Origin: Flavobacteriales bacterium
Lineage (GTDB): Bacteria > Bacteroidota > Bacteroidia > Flavobacteriales > UBA7312
NCBI GenBank assembly: GCA_965661505.1
Contig: CBFIDX010000006.1
Location: 4,473-68,472 of the forward strand
Direction: 5' to 3'
DNA length: 64,000 nt
Below are positions 9,773-18,768 of the stretch, piece after piece. Numbering within the stretch: position 1 is the stretch's first letter; each line of letters begins with the position of its first letter. The notes under the pieces are model-generated. The model was not told where the DNA came from, ran no database searches, and worked only from the letters and a program-made list of their open reading frames with translations. The translations under genes were made by a program, and so were the position numbers.

Positions 9773-10689
9773 TGCGTAAACGAATATTGATAACTGGTAG
9801 TAATGGGTTGCTGGGTCAAAAATTGATCAAAGCACTAGCTCCTAAACATATAGTGTTAGCTACCTCAAAAGGCCCATGTCGCATTCTTCATAAAAAAGGG
9901 TTTGAATACAAAGAGCTCGATGTAACCGATAAAATTGCAGTAAAACAGCTCATTGCTGATTTTAGGCCTGACGCTGTCATTAATACTGCTGCCATGACAA
10001 ATGTAGATGCCTGTGAAGAGCAAACAGACGCATGTGACCAGTTAAACGTATTGGCTGTTCAGTATTTAGCCGATGCATGTTTGTCAGTCAAAGCACATTT
10101 ACTACACCTTTCTACAGACTTTATTTTTGATGGAGAAGACGGTCCTTACTAAGAGGAAGATCAAGCTAATCCGATAAGCTACTACGGTCTGTCAAAATGG
10201 AGATCGGAACAAATCTTGCAAAACCATGATTGTGATTGGACCGTACTTAGAACCATCATTGTTTATGGTACAGCTGATGATTTAAGTAGAGGCAACATTG
10301 TGTTGTGGGGAAGAGGAGCACTCAAAAAACAGGAGCCTCTTAATATTATTGACGATCAATATCGATCACCTACTTTAGCTGAAGATTTGGCTCAGGCGTG
10401 CCTTTTAGTAATAGAGAAAAAGGCTTTGGGCGTTTACAATGCGTCCGGAAAAGACATTATGAGTATCTTTGAAATGATACAACGAATGGCTGATTTTTAT
10501 AAATGTGATAAATCCATTATCAACCGTATTTCTACAGCCACATTAAATCAAAGAGCAAAAAGGCCTCCTAAAACAGGTTTTATTCTAGATAAAGCGATTA
10601 CTCAATTAGGCTATAAGCCCCATTCCTTCGAAGAGGGTTTAGCCATTATAGAACAACAAATTTTAAAACAAGAAAATCAATCCAACTAA
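9772..10689 (+). pseudogene. RmlD-like SDR (dTDP-4-dehydrorhamnose reductase family) interrupted by an in-frame TAA at 10150-10152
   Basis: ORFs 9772-10152 and 10216-10689 are in the same frame. Read through the TAA they give ...STDFIFDGEDGPY*EEDQANPISYYGLSKWRSEQ..., one continuous RmlD-like sequence. The Rossmann motif ITGSNGLLG lies before the stop and the catalytic YxxSK lies after it. Confidence 0.75.
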
Positions 10690-10690
10690 A

Positions 10691-12193
10691 ATGAAACAAA
10701 AAGCTACACTTTTGTTATTAATGCTAACATCAAAACATCTTTTAGCACAAACATTAAGCGATCAGATTAATGGTTTTTTTGAACCCATTGTAGCCATTAT
10801 GGCCAAAGTGATTTTTTGGGATCCAATTGCTGCATTAGGCTTTGAGCTTGAGTCCAGCATCCCTATCGTAGTAGTTTGGTTAGTTTTTGGGGCCCTTTTT
10901 TTTACACTAAAGATGAATTTTATCAATATTCGTGGTTTTAAACACGCTATCGAATTGGTAAGAGGGAAATTTGATGACCCCAAAGATCAAGGAGAGGTAT
11001 CTCATTTTCAAGCACTGGCAACCGCTCTTTCCGCAACAGTAGGGTTGGGTAACATTGCTGGTGTTGCGGTAGCTATTACCCTTGGCGGCCCTGGTGCTAC
11101 TTTTTGGATGATTGTAGCTGGGCTGCTGGGCATGTCCTCAAAATTTGTAGAATGTACTTTGGGGGTAAAATATAGGGTAGTAAATGAAAACGGTGAAGTA
11201 TCCGGGGGGCCTATGTACTACTTAAAAAATGGACTAGCAAAATATGGGCTGGGCAATCTAGGTAAAGTATTGGCTGTTATTTTTGCTATCCTCTGTATAG
11301 GAGGCTCTTTTGGCGGTGGAAACATGTTCCAAGCAAACCAAGCTTATGCTCAGCTTTCTGGTCAGTTTCCTATGTTGCAGGGCAATGGTCCAATGTTTGG
11401 ATTTTTATTAGCTATTTTAGTAGGTACGGTAATCATAGGTGGTATAAAATCAATCGCTAAAGTGACAGAAAAAATAGTGCCTTTTATGGCAGGTCTTTAT
11501 GTCCTTGCAGCATCCATCATTATCGCTGTTAATTTTGGTCAAATAGGTGCGGCATTTGCCATGATTATCGAAGGAGCTTTTGCACCATCAGCTGCTTTTG
11601 GTGGTTTTATTGGCGTTTTAATTCAAGGATTCAGAAGAGCAGCATTTTCTAATGAGGCAGGAGTAGGTTCCGCCTCTATTGCTCACTCTGCAGCTAAAAC
11701 CAATCAGCCCGTTAGTGAGGGGATAGTTTCTTTATTAGAACCACTCATCGATACCGTTGTCATTTGTACCATGACAGCTTTAGTGATTATTATAACTGGT
11801 TTTTCTGGCGTTCAGGGTATTGAGGGTGCACAACTTACTTCACAGGCATTTGGAAGTGTAATTTCTTGGTTTCCTTATGTATTGGTTATTGCCATTTTCC
11901 TTTTTGCTTTCTCAACAATGATCTCATGGTCTTACTATGGCTTAAAGTCTTGGACGTTTCTTTTTGGAAGTTCCAAAAAATCTGAGATAACTTATAAATT
12001 GATCTTTTTAATTTTCATTATTATTGGTTCTTCAGTAAGTTTAGGTGCAGTAATCGACTTTTCAGATATGATGATCTTAGCCATGGCTTTTCCAAACATC
12101 CTAGGATTGTTAATTCTTTCTAAAGAAGTGAAAATAGATATGAAAGAATATTTTTCAAAAATCAAAACAGGAGTTATAAAAAAATACAAATAA
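10691..12193 (+). CDS. Alanine/glycine:cation symporter (AGCS family)
   Basis: 500 aa, polytopic. AGCS hallmarks are present: [29 protein letters not shown] and [20 protein letters not shown]. Confidence 0.9.
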   Translation: MKQKATLLLLMLTSKHLLAQTLSDQINGFFEPIVAIMAKVIFWDPIAALGFELESSIPIVVVWLVFGALFFTLKMNFINIRGFKHAIELVRGKFDDPKDQGEVSHFQALATALSATVGLGNIAGVAVAITLGGPGATFWMIVAGLLGMSSKFVECTLGVKYRVVNENGEVSGGPMYYLKNGLAKYGLGNLGKVLAVIFAILCIGGSFGGGNMFQANQAYAQLSGQFPMLQGNGPMFGFLLAILVGTVIIGGIKSIAKVTEKIVPFMAGLYVLAASIIIAVNFGQIGAAFAMIIEGAFAPSAAFGGFIGVLIQGFRRAAFSNEAGVGSASIAHSAAKTNQPVSEGIVSLLEPLIDTVVICTMTALVIIITGFSGVQGIEGAQLTSQAFGSVISWFPYVLVIAIFLFAFSTMISWSYYGLKSWTFLFGSSKKSEITYKLIFLIFIIIGSSVSLGAVIDFSDMMILAMAFPNILGLLILSKEVKIDMKEYFSKIKTGVIKKYK

Positions 12194-12250
12194 GGCCATG
12201 GGGTAAAGCGTGAAATAAAAAACTTCTTTTCTTACAACAAACGACAGCGA

Positions 12251-12882
12251 ATGGGGATATTCGTACTCTTGTTTGTGCTCCTTTTTTTACTTGTTGCAAG
12301 AGAAAATATGCATCACTTTGTGGAAACAACAGTGTATGATTTTTCAGAGTTTCAAAAAGAACTTGAGCAATTGAGTCATAAGAAAGAAATGCCAGGGATA
12401 GAAGTTGCTCCTGCAAAAAAACCAATTCTAAAACAGTAAAACCACCTAAACCGTTTGTTGAAATTGAAGTTAACTCTGCCGATACTATCCAATGGAAAAT
12501 GTTAAAAGGGATAGGTCCTGTTTTTGCAAATCGAATTTGTAAGTTTCGAAACATATTGGGTGGTTTTTATAAACTAGAACAACTTTTAGAAGTATATGGA
12601 ATGGATTCGTTAAGATATGAGGAGATTTTTCCTTTTTTGAGTCTAGATCGACATTTGCTACGTCAGATAACTCTTAACAATACAACTGTTCAGGAGTTAA
12701 AAAACCATCCTTACCTTAGTTACCATCAAGCCAAAGCAATCATGCAATTTGCAAAACAACACGGTCCTTATCAACAGTTGGAAGACCTTCTTCAAATTGA
12801 GTTGATAGAGCCAGTCGATTTTCGTAAAATTGTACCCTATTTAAAACTACATGCTACAGCAAAAGATACAGTCCATAATTAG
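12251..12882 (+). pseudogene. ComEA-like helix-hairpin-helix protein with an apparent 1-nt frameshift in an A7 run (12415-12421)
   Basis: ORF 12251-12439 (frame 2) encodes the TM anchor and linker. Frame 1 is open from 12379 and carries two HhH units (LKGIGPVFANRI..., LSYHQAKAIMQF...). Adding one A to the A7 run fuses them into about 211 aa. Confidence 0.7.
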
Positions 12883-13378
12883 AGATGTTCCAAACTTCCC
12901 AAAAGAAGGAGTTACTTTTAAAGACATAACCCCATTACTTGCTAATCCAATATTATGCTCAGAAATAATTGAAGAGATGAAAAATCGCTTAAAAACCATT
13001 GAAATTGATGCTGTAGTTGGAGTGGAAAGTAGAGGTTTTTTATTTGGAATGATGCTGGCCAGCGCATTGAGAGTACCTTTTGTTCCTGTCAGGAAAAAAG
13101 GAAAATTACCATTTAAAACGATTCATCAAAACTACCAATTAGAGTACGGTTCTGCAACTTTAGAAATTCATTTGGATGCCTTAAAAAAGGATTGGAAGGT
13201 TTTGGTGCACGATGATCTTTTAGCAACAGGAGGAACTGCCTTTGCGACAGCACAATTAGTCAATCAGCTTGGAGCAAATGTGAGTGCATTTGCTTTTATT
13301 ATAGAGTTGTCTTTTTTAAATGGAAAAGAAAAATTAGATATCTTTACAGATAAGGTCATAAACATAGTTCAATATTAA
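12851..13378 (+). CDS. apt: Adenine phosphoribosyltransferase
   Basis: 175 aa with FPKEGVTFKDITPLL and the PRPP-binding loop VLVHDDLLATGGTA. Confidence 0.9.
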   Translation: MLQQKIQSIIRDVPNFPKEGVTFKDITPLLANPILCSEIIEEMKNRLKTIEIDAVVGVESRGFLFGMMLASALRVPFVPVRKKGKLPFKTIHQNYQLEYGSATLEIHLDALKKDWKVLVHDDLLATGGTAFATAQLVNQLGANVSAFAFIIELSFLNGKEKLDIFTDKVINIVQY

Positions 13379-13383
13379 ATAAG

Positions 13384-14523
13384 ATGGATTTCACTTACAA
13401 CGAAAATCAAAAAATGATTACCGACATGATTCGTTCGTTCGGAGAGCAGCACATTAGCCCTTTTGTCAAAGAGTGGGATGAACATCAAACGTTTCCTGTG
13501 GATGTTTTTAAGAAATTAGGTGAGTTGGGTTTGATGGGTGTGTTAGTGCCCCAGGAATATGGAGGATCGGGTTTTACTTACAAAGAATATGTTACAGCTA
13601 TTGAGGAGTTGACAAAACTAGATCCTTCAATTGGTTTGTCCATGGCAGCTCATAATTCATTATGCACTGGTCATATTTTGCAGTTTGGTTCCGAAGAGCA
13701 GAAGCAAAAGTATTTACCCAAACTAGCTACCGCCGAATGGGTGGGAGCTTGGGGTTTAACAGAGCATAATACAGGTTCTGACGCTGGAGGTATGCATACT
13801 ACGGCCGTAAAAGAGGGAGACGAATGGGTGCTAAATGGAGCCAAAAACTTCATCACTCACGCCATAAGCGGAGATGTTGCTGTAGTCATTGTCAGAACTG
13901 GCGAAAAAGGCGATTCTCATGGAATGTCTGCTTTTATTATAGAAAAAGGAACAGTCGGTTTTAGTTCAGGTAAAAAAGAAGATAAATTAGGAATGCGAGC
14001 TTCCGAAACCGCCGAACTGGTTTTTGATAATTGCCGAATTCCTGATGCCCAACTTTTAGGTAAGGTAGGAGAAGGGTTTATTCAGGCAATGAAAGTTTTG
14101 GATGGGGGTAGAATTTCTATAGCAGCCCTTTCTTTAGGAATCGCTAAAGGAGCATATGAAGCCTCCTTAAAATATGCAAAAGAACGGATACAATTTGGCA
14201 AACCCATTGCGGAACACCAAGCCATTGCATTTAAACTAGCCGATATGGCCACCACCATTGATGCGGCAGAATTATTAACTTATCAAACCGTTTCTAAAAA
14301 AATAAAAGGAGAAAACGTAACATTAGAAGGGTCAATGGCAAAGTACTATTCTTCAGAAATTGCAGTAAAAATTGCTAATGACGCAGTGCAAATACATGGT
14401 GGTTATGGTTTTACAAAAGATTTTCCTGTCGAGCGTTTTTACAGAGATGCTAAGCTATGTACAATAGGTGAAGGAACTTCTGAAATCCAAAAAATAGTAA
14501 TTGCAAAACAAATTTTGAAGTAA
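13384..14523 (+). CDS. Acyl-CoA dehydrogenase (short/branched-chain type)
   Basis: 379 aa with ACAD signatures GAWGLTEHNTGSDAGG, QIHGGYGFTKDFPVERFYRDAKLCTIGEGTSEIQ. Confidence 0.9.
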   Translation: MDFTYNENQKMITDMIRSFGEQHISPFVKEWDEHQTFPVDVFKKLGELGLMGVLVPQEYGGSGFTYKEYVTAIEELTKLDPSIGLSMAAHNSLCTGHILQFGSEEQKQKYLPKLATAEWVGAWGLTEHNTGSDAGGMHTTAVKEGDEWVLNGAKNFITHAISGDVAVVIVRTGEKGDSHGMSAFIIEKGTVGFSSGKKEDKLGMRASETAELVFDNCRIPDAQLLGKVGEGFIQAMKVLDGGRISIAALSLGIAKGAYEASLKYAKERIQFGKPIAEHQAIAFKLADMATTIDAAELLTYQTVSKKIKGENVTLEGSMAKYYSSEIAVKIANDAVQIHGGYGFTKDFPVERFYRDAKLCTIGEGTSEIQKIVIAKQILK

Positions 14524-14548
14524 GGGTTGTTAGAGTAGTAGATATTTG

Positions 14549-14556
14549 TATATTTG
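14549..14556 (+). promoter_or_regulatory. Bacteroidota-type -7 promoter box TAtaTTTG upstream of rpsU
   Basis: TATATTTG matches the TAnnTTTG consensus 23 nt before the rpsU ATG. A partial -33 element (gTTG) lies 19 nt upstream. Confidence 0.4.
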
Positions 14557-14578
14557 CAGCCCAAATTAAGTAACAAGA

Positions 14579-14770
14579 ATGATAATTATTCCAGTAAAAG
14601 ACGGAGAATCTATTGACAGAGCGCTGAAACGTTTCAAGAAGAAATTCATGAAAACAGGCACGATGAAAGAACTTAGAAACCGTAGAGAGTACACTAAGAA
14701 ATCAGTAGAACTTCGTTCGCAGCGTATAAAGGCTGCTTATAAAGAGCAATTAAGAAGAGAAGAAGATTAG
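14579..14770 (+). CDS. rpsU: 30S ribosomal protein S21
   Basis: 63 aa, basic. Contains ESIDRALKRFKKK...RRE.Y.K.S..R. Confidence 0.95.
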   Translation: MIIIPVKDGESIDRALKRFKKKFMKTGTMKELRNRREYTKKSVELRSQRIKAAYKEQLRREED

Positions 14771-14795
14771 TCCAAATATCTTCTTGACACACTTC

Positions 14796-14863
14796 AGAGA
14801 CTTTGTTGACCTTGTAATAATTTATTGTTACATTCGTTAAATTACAAAGTCTCTTTTATTTTA
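14796..14863 (+). terminator. Nested hairpin plus T-rich tail between rpsU and the recombinase gene (putative terminator or leader structure)
   Basis: Outer stem agagactttgt (14796-14806) pairs with acaaagtctct (14844-14854). An inner hairpin is tgtaataa/tttа-like loop/ttgttaca. The structure is followed by tttattttat and then the ATG at 14865. Confidence 0.4.
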
Positions 14864-14864
14864 T

Positions 14865-15743
14865 ATGGTTCTTGATGAATTTCTTAAATACCTACAACTA
14901 GAGAAACGTTATTCTCCTCATACGATCAGGGCATATCAAGTCGACTTATCACAGTTTCAAGAATTCTTGAAAGAGGCCTACAATAGCACTTTGATAAAAG
15001 CAGATCACGCTATGTCGCGCTCTTGGTTAGTTCAAATGTTAGAGTATGGAATATCACCCAGAACAGTACACCGTAAGATAACAGCTCTAAAAACATTTTA
15101 TAAATTTTTACTCAAAGAAGAAAAGCTACAAATCGACCCTACCTTAAAAATTGTTCTTCCCAAGATGACTAAAAAATTACCTCATTTTGTGGAGCAAGAA
15201 CAAATGAATGTGTTGTTGGACGACTTGCCTTTTGAAAAGGGATATGAAGGAAGCCGTGACAAGCTAATTTTGGAGTTGTTTTATTCGACAGGTATGCGGC
15301 AATCAGAATTGATCAATATTAAAATCAACCACATTGACTTCTCTAGTGGATTAATAAAAGTTATAGGTAAACGAAACAAAGAGCGCTTAATTCCGTTAAC
15401 TAATGAGTTAAGTCAAAAGATAAATGCGTTTATGAATCTACGAACCGAATTGCCCAATAGTGAGTCACCGTTTTTATTGCTAACGCTTAAAGGAAAAAAG
15501 TTATACCCTTCTTTGCTCTATAGAATGGTAAATCACTATCTTGGGCAAGTCACAAGTTTAGATAAAAAAAGCCCACATGTGTTGCGACATACTTTTGCTA
15601 CGCATATGTTGAACAATGGCGCTGATCTCAATGCAATCAAAGAGCTTTTAGGTCATGCAAGTTTGTCGGCTACTCAGGTCTATACGCACAATTCGATTGA
15701 CAAGTTGAAAAAAGTGTATAAACAAGCTCATCCCAGAGCTTAA
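14865..15743 (+). CDS. Tyrosine recombinase, XerC/XerD family
   Basis: 292 aa. An N-terminal SAM-like domain (YLQLEKRYSPHTIRAYQVDL) is followed by a catalytic region with GMRQSEL, HVLRHTFATH and LGHASLSATQVYTH. Confidence 0.85.
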   Translation: MVLDEFLKYLQLEKRYSPHTIRAYQVDLSQFQEFLKEAYNSTLIKADHAMSRSWLVQMLEYGISPRTVHRKITALKTFYKFLLKEEKLQIDPTLKIVLPKMTKKLPHFVEQEQMNVLLDDLPFEKGYEGSRDKLILELFYSTGMRQSELINIKINHIDFSSGLIKVIGKRNKERLIPLTNELSQKINAFMNLRTELPNSESPFLLLTLKGKKLYPSLLYRMVNHYLGQVTSLDKKSPHVLRHTFATHMLNNGADLNAIKELLGHASLSATQVYTHNSIDKLKKVYKQAHPRA

Positions 15744-15755
15744 AAGATTAAAATT

Positions 15756-16055
15756 ATGGAAATTAGAGTTCATTCAATTCATTTCGATGCAGACAAAAAA
15801 TTATTAGAATTTATAGATCGCAAAGTTGAAAAGTTAACTGTCTTTGATGATAAACTGATGAGTGGAGAAGTTTTTCTTAGAGTAGAGAAAGCAAATGATG
15901 ACTCCAACAAGGTAGCAGAAATCAAGATAAAAACCCCAGGCTCAGAGCTATTTGCTAAGAAACAATGCGCTTCTTTTGAAGAAGCTACTGACCTAGCAGT
16001 TGATGCTCTACGTAAGCAAATTAAAAAGAACAAAGAAAAAGTACGAGGAATTTAG
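15756..16055 (+). CDS. hpf: Ribosome hibernation promoting factor (short HPF/RaiA)
   Basis: 99 aa with a sigma-54-modulation/S30EA pattern (...IEFIDRKVEKL......V.L........K..EI.I...G..L.A......FE.A.D.A.D.L..Q). Confidence 0.85.
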   Translation: MEIRVHSIHFDADKKLLEFIDRKVEKLTVFDDKLMSGEVFLRVEKANDDSNKVAEIKIKTPGSELFAKKQCASFEEATDLAVDALRKQIKKNKEKVRGI

Positions 16056-16104
16056 TCCTATTTTCATCTAGTAAATCATATTTTTAAAAAATACTTATTT
16101 AGTT

Positions 16105-16135
16105 TTTGTCTAAAACGAAAACTTTAATACATTTG
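16105..16135 (+). promoter_or_regulatory. Bacteroidota sigma-A type promoter (TTTG-N19-TAcaTTTG) for the tRNA-tuf operon
   Basis: TTTG at 16105-16108, an exactly 19-nt spacer, then TACATTTG at 16128-16135. It lies 42 nt upstream of the first tRNA. Confidence 0.5.
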
Positions 16136-16163
16136 CAGTCCCTTTTTGGAGGGGCTGTTTTTT
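16136..16163 (+). terminator. Terminator-like hairpin (putative hpf terminator) abutting the promoter box
   Basis: cagtccct (16136-16143) pairs with aggggctg (16150-16157), including one G-U pair. The loop is ttttgg and TTTTTT follows. Confidence 0.4.
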
Positions 16164-16176
16164 ATTTATTGAAATT

Positions 16177-16250
16177 GCCGCTATAGCTCAGTTGGCTAGA
16201 GCAGCTGATTTGTAATCAGCAGGTCGTGGGTTCGAGTCCCTCTAGCGGCT
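16177..16250 (+). tRNA. tRNA-Thr (anticodon TGT)
   Basis: Hand-folded cloverleaf. Acceptor gccgcta/tagcggc, anticodon stem gctga/tcagc with loop ttTGTaa, and T-loop ttcgagt. Confidence 0.9.
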
Positions 16251-16283
16251 CAGTTCTTTACTAAAAGAGCTACATTAAACGTT

Positions 16284-16365
16284 GGGGAGATACTCAAGCG
16301 GTCAACGAGGGCAGACTGTAAATCTGCTGGCTACGCCTTCGTAGGTTCGAATCCTGCTCTCCCCA
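16284..16365 (+). tRNA. tRNA-Tyr (anticodon GTA)
   Basis: Acceptor ggggaga/tctcccc, anticodon stem gcaga/tctgc with loop ctGTAaa. It has a long variable arm and T-loop ttcgaat. Confidence 0.9.
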
Positions 16366-16378
16366 CTTAGCTTTATAA

Positions 16379-16455
<77 letters not shown>

Positions 16456-16462
16456 TAAACAA

Positions 16463-16534
16463 GCCGATGTAGCTCAGGGGTAGAGCGTTTCCTTGGTAAG
16501 GAAGAGGTCACGGGTTCAAATCCCGTCATTGGCT
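16463..16534 (+). tRNA. tRNA-Thr (anticodon GGT)
   Basis: Acceptor gccgatg/cattggc, anticodon stem tttcc/ggaag with loop ttGGTaa, and T-loop ttcaaat. Confidence 0.9.
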
Positions 16535-16599
16535 CTAAATGAAGAACAGCAACAAACAAAAAGGAAAAAAAAGGATTTATTTAACTAAAATAGCTAGCT

Positions 16600-17787
16600 A
16601 TGGCAAAAGAGAATTTTAATCGAACCAAACCACACTTGAATATTGGTACGATCGGTCACGTTGACCACGGAAAAACTACCTTGACTGCCGCTATTACTAA
16701 AGTTTTGGCGGACGCTGGATTAGCACAAGCTCAAGCGTTTGACTCTATCGACAACGCTCCAGAGGAAAAAGAAAGAGGTATTACAATTAACACTGCTCAC
16801 GTTGAGTACGAAACAGCAAACAGACATTACGCGCACGTAGACTGTCCAGGTCACGCCGATTACGTAAAGAACATGGTTACTGGTGCGGCTCAAATGGATG
16901 GTGCTATCCTAGTATGTGCTGCAACTGATGGCCCAATGCCTCAGACACGTGAGCACATTCTACTTGCTCGTCAGGTAGGTGTACCAGCAATCGTTGTTTT
17001 CATGAACAAGGTTGATATGGTAGACGACGAGGAATTATTAGAATTAGTTGAAATGGAAGTGAGAGAATTGCTTTCTTTCTACGATTATGACGGAGACAAC
17101 ACACCAGTAGTAGCTGGTTCTGCACTAGGTGCATTGAACGGTGAGGCTAAATGGGTTGACACCGTTATGAATCTAATGAATTCTGTTGACGAATTTATTC
17201 CAGAGCCTGTTCGTGATAATGAAAAAGACTTCTTGATGCCTATCGAGGATGTGTTTACAATTACAGGACGTGGTACAGTTGCTACAGGCCGTATCGAAAC
17301 AGGTGTTGCAAATACTGGAGATACTGTTGATATCATTGGTATGGGTGCAGAGAAACTTGCCTCTACTGTTACTGGTGTTGAAATGTTCCGTAAGATACTC
17401 GATAGAGGTGAAGCGGGAGATAACGTTGGTATTTTACTTCGTGGTATTGAGAAATCAGACATCAAAAGAGGAATGGTTATCTGTAAGCCAGGTTCTGTAA
17501 CCCCTCATACTAAGTTTAAAGCTGAGGTTTATATCCTTAAAAAAGAAGAGGGTGGACGTCATACTCCATTCCATAACAAATACCGTCCACAGTTCTATTT
17601 AAGAACGACAGACGTAACTGGCGAAATTCAACTTCCTGATGGAACTGAAATGGTAATGCCAGGTGATAACTTGACAATTACTGTAGAGTTGATCAACAAA
17701 GTTGCGATGAGTGTTGGTTTACGTTTTGCTATCCGAGAAGGTGGTAGAACAGTTGGCGCTGGTCAAATTACGGAGATCGTAGAGTAA
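16600..17787 (+). CDS. tuf: Elongation factor Tu
   Basis: 395 aa with [18 protein letters not shown] and NKVD, colinear with EF-Tu throughout. Confidence 0.98.
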   Translation: MAKENFNRTKPHLNIGTIGHVDHGKTTLTAAITKVLADAGLAQAQAFDSIDNAPEEKERGITINTAHVEYETANRHYAHVDCPGHADYVKNMVTGAAQMDGAILVCAATDGPMPQTREHILLARQVGVPAIVVFMNKVDMVDDEELLELVEMEVRELLSFYDYDGDNTPVVAGSALGALNGEAKWVDTVMNLMNSVDEFIPEPVRDNEKDFLMPIEDVFTITGRGTVATGRIETGVANTGDTVDIIGMGAEKLASTVTGVEMFRKILDRGEAGDNVGILLRGIEKSDIKRGMVICKPGSVTPHTKFKAEVYILKKEEGGRHTPFHNKYRPQFYLRTTDVTGEIQLPDGTEMVMPGDNLTITVELINKVAMSVGLRFAIREGGRTVGAGQITEIVE

Positions 17788-17810
17788 TACAGTCTTAACT
17801 AATGGCGTAA

Positions 17811-17836
17811 AGGAAAGGTCTATTTAGGCCTTTCCT
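17811..17836 (+). terminator. Hairpin after tuf (weak terminator or processing signal before tRNA-Trp)
   Basis: aggaaaggtc pairs with ggcctttcct around a 6-nt loop. The T run (ctgttttt) is separated from the stem by 5 nt, so this is not a canonical intrinsic terminator. Confidence 0.3.
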
Positions 17837-17848
17837 ATCGCTGTTTTT

Positions 17849-17921
17849 ACGGGTGTAGCTCAATTGGTAGAGTAGTGGTCTCCAAAACCATTGGCTGGGA
17901 GTTCGAGTCTCTCCACCCGTG
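17849..17921 (+). tRNA. tRNA-Trp (anticodon CCA)
   Basis: Acceptor acgggtg/cacccgt, anticodon stem gtggt/accat with loop ctCCAaa, and T-loop ttcgagt. Confidence 0.9.
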
Positions 17922-17937
17922 CATTAAGTAAAGAAAA

Positions 17938-18129
17938 ATGGCAAAATTCGTTACATACATAAAAGAGTCGGCAGACGACCTTGTAAACAAAGTATCCTGG
18001 CCTACTTGGAAAGAGTTGCAAAACAGTTCAGTTGTAGTTGCAGTGGCATCTTTAATTATTGCACTGGTAGTATATTTAATGGATGTAAGCTTCCGAAATG
18101 TGATGGAAGTTTTTTACGGCTTGTTTTAA
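17938..18129 (+). CDS. secE: Preprotein translocase subunit SecE
   Basis: 63 aa with a single C-terminal TM helix and the motif KVSWPTWKEL. It sits in the conserved position between tRNA-Trp and nusG. Confidence 0.85.
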   Translation: MAKFVTYIKESADDLVNKVSWPTWKELQNSSVVVAVASLIIALVVYLMDVSFRNVMEVFYGLF

Positions 18130-18138
18130 TAGAAAGCA

Positions 18139-18687
18139 ATGGCAACAGTAGAAAAAAAGTGGTACGTAGTTAGAGCTATAGGCGGACAAGAGAAAAAGGT
18201 TTGTACGTACATAGAGAATGAGATATCTAGACTAAAACTAGAAGATTTTATCGCTCAAGTATTAGTGCCTACTGAACGAGTTTTTCAAATAAGAAATGGG
18301 AAAAAAGTAAGCAAAGAGCGTAATTTTTTCCCTGGATATATTTTGATAGAAGCCAATTTAATAGGAGAAATACCACACACTATTAAGGCAATCCCTGGAG
18401 TAATCGGTTTTTTAGGAGCTACTAAAGGAGGGGAACCCGTTCCTATGAGGCAATCTGAAGTGAACCGTATTTTAGGAAAAGTTGATGAGTTAGCACTCAG
18501 TGACGAAGAAATGGTGATTCCTTTTGTTGTTGGAGAATCGGTAAAAGTTGTCGATGGACCCTTCAACACATTTAGTGGAATTATTGAAGAGATTGATGAA
18601 CAAAAGAAAAAGCTTAGAGTAATGGTCAAGATTTTCGGAAGAAAAACACCCGTTGAACTGAGCTTTATGCAAGTTGAAAAAGAATAA
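18139..18687 (+). CDS. nusG: Transcription termination/antitermination factor NusG
   Basis: 182 aa. An NGN domain (KWYVVRAIGGQEKKV) is followed by a KOW motif (GESVKVVDGPFNTFSGIIEEID). Confidence 0.95.
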   Translation: MATVEKKWYVVRAIGGQEKKVCTYIENEISRLKLEDFIAQVLVPTERVFQIRNGKKVSKERNFFPGYILIEANLIGEIPHTIKAIPGVIGFLGATKGGEPVPMRQSEVNRILGKVDELALSDEEMVIPFVVGESVKVVDGPFNTFSGIIEEIDEQKKKLRVMVKIFGRKTPVELSFMQVEKE

Positions 18688-18768
18688 TTTTATTATAATG
18701 ACGAATCAAGAATTTGATGAGTAAGCTTCCAACTCTTATTATTTTCAAAGATTCATAATCAATTAAAA

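Noticed and set aside
12174-12554. A 126-aa minus-strand ORF spanning the symporter / ComEA-like junction.
   Set aside because: It is antisense to the plus-strand ComEA-like reading frames, which carry recognisable TM and HhH motifs. The minus-strand product has no motifs. Its existence is probably helped by the frameshifted region.
14865-15743. The tyrosine recombinase as a marker of an integrated mobile element next to the tRNA genes.
   Set aside because: I found no flanking direct repeats, no duplicated tRNA 3' end and no cargo genes. The neighbours are core translation genes, and I recall the arrangement as conserved in the phylum.
17085-17500. ORFs 17085-17465 (minus strand) and 17249-17500 (plus strand) within tuf.
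   Set aside because: They are nested in EF-Tu, one of the most conserved genes known, and show no independent signals.
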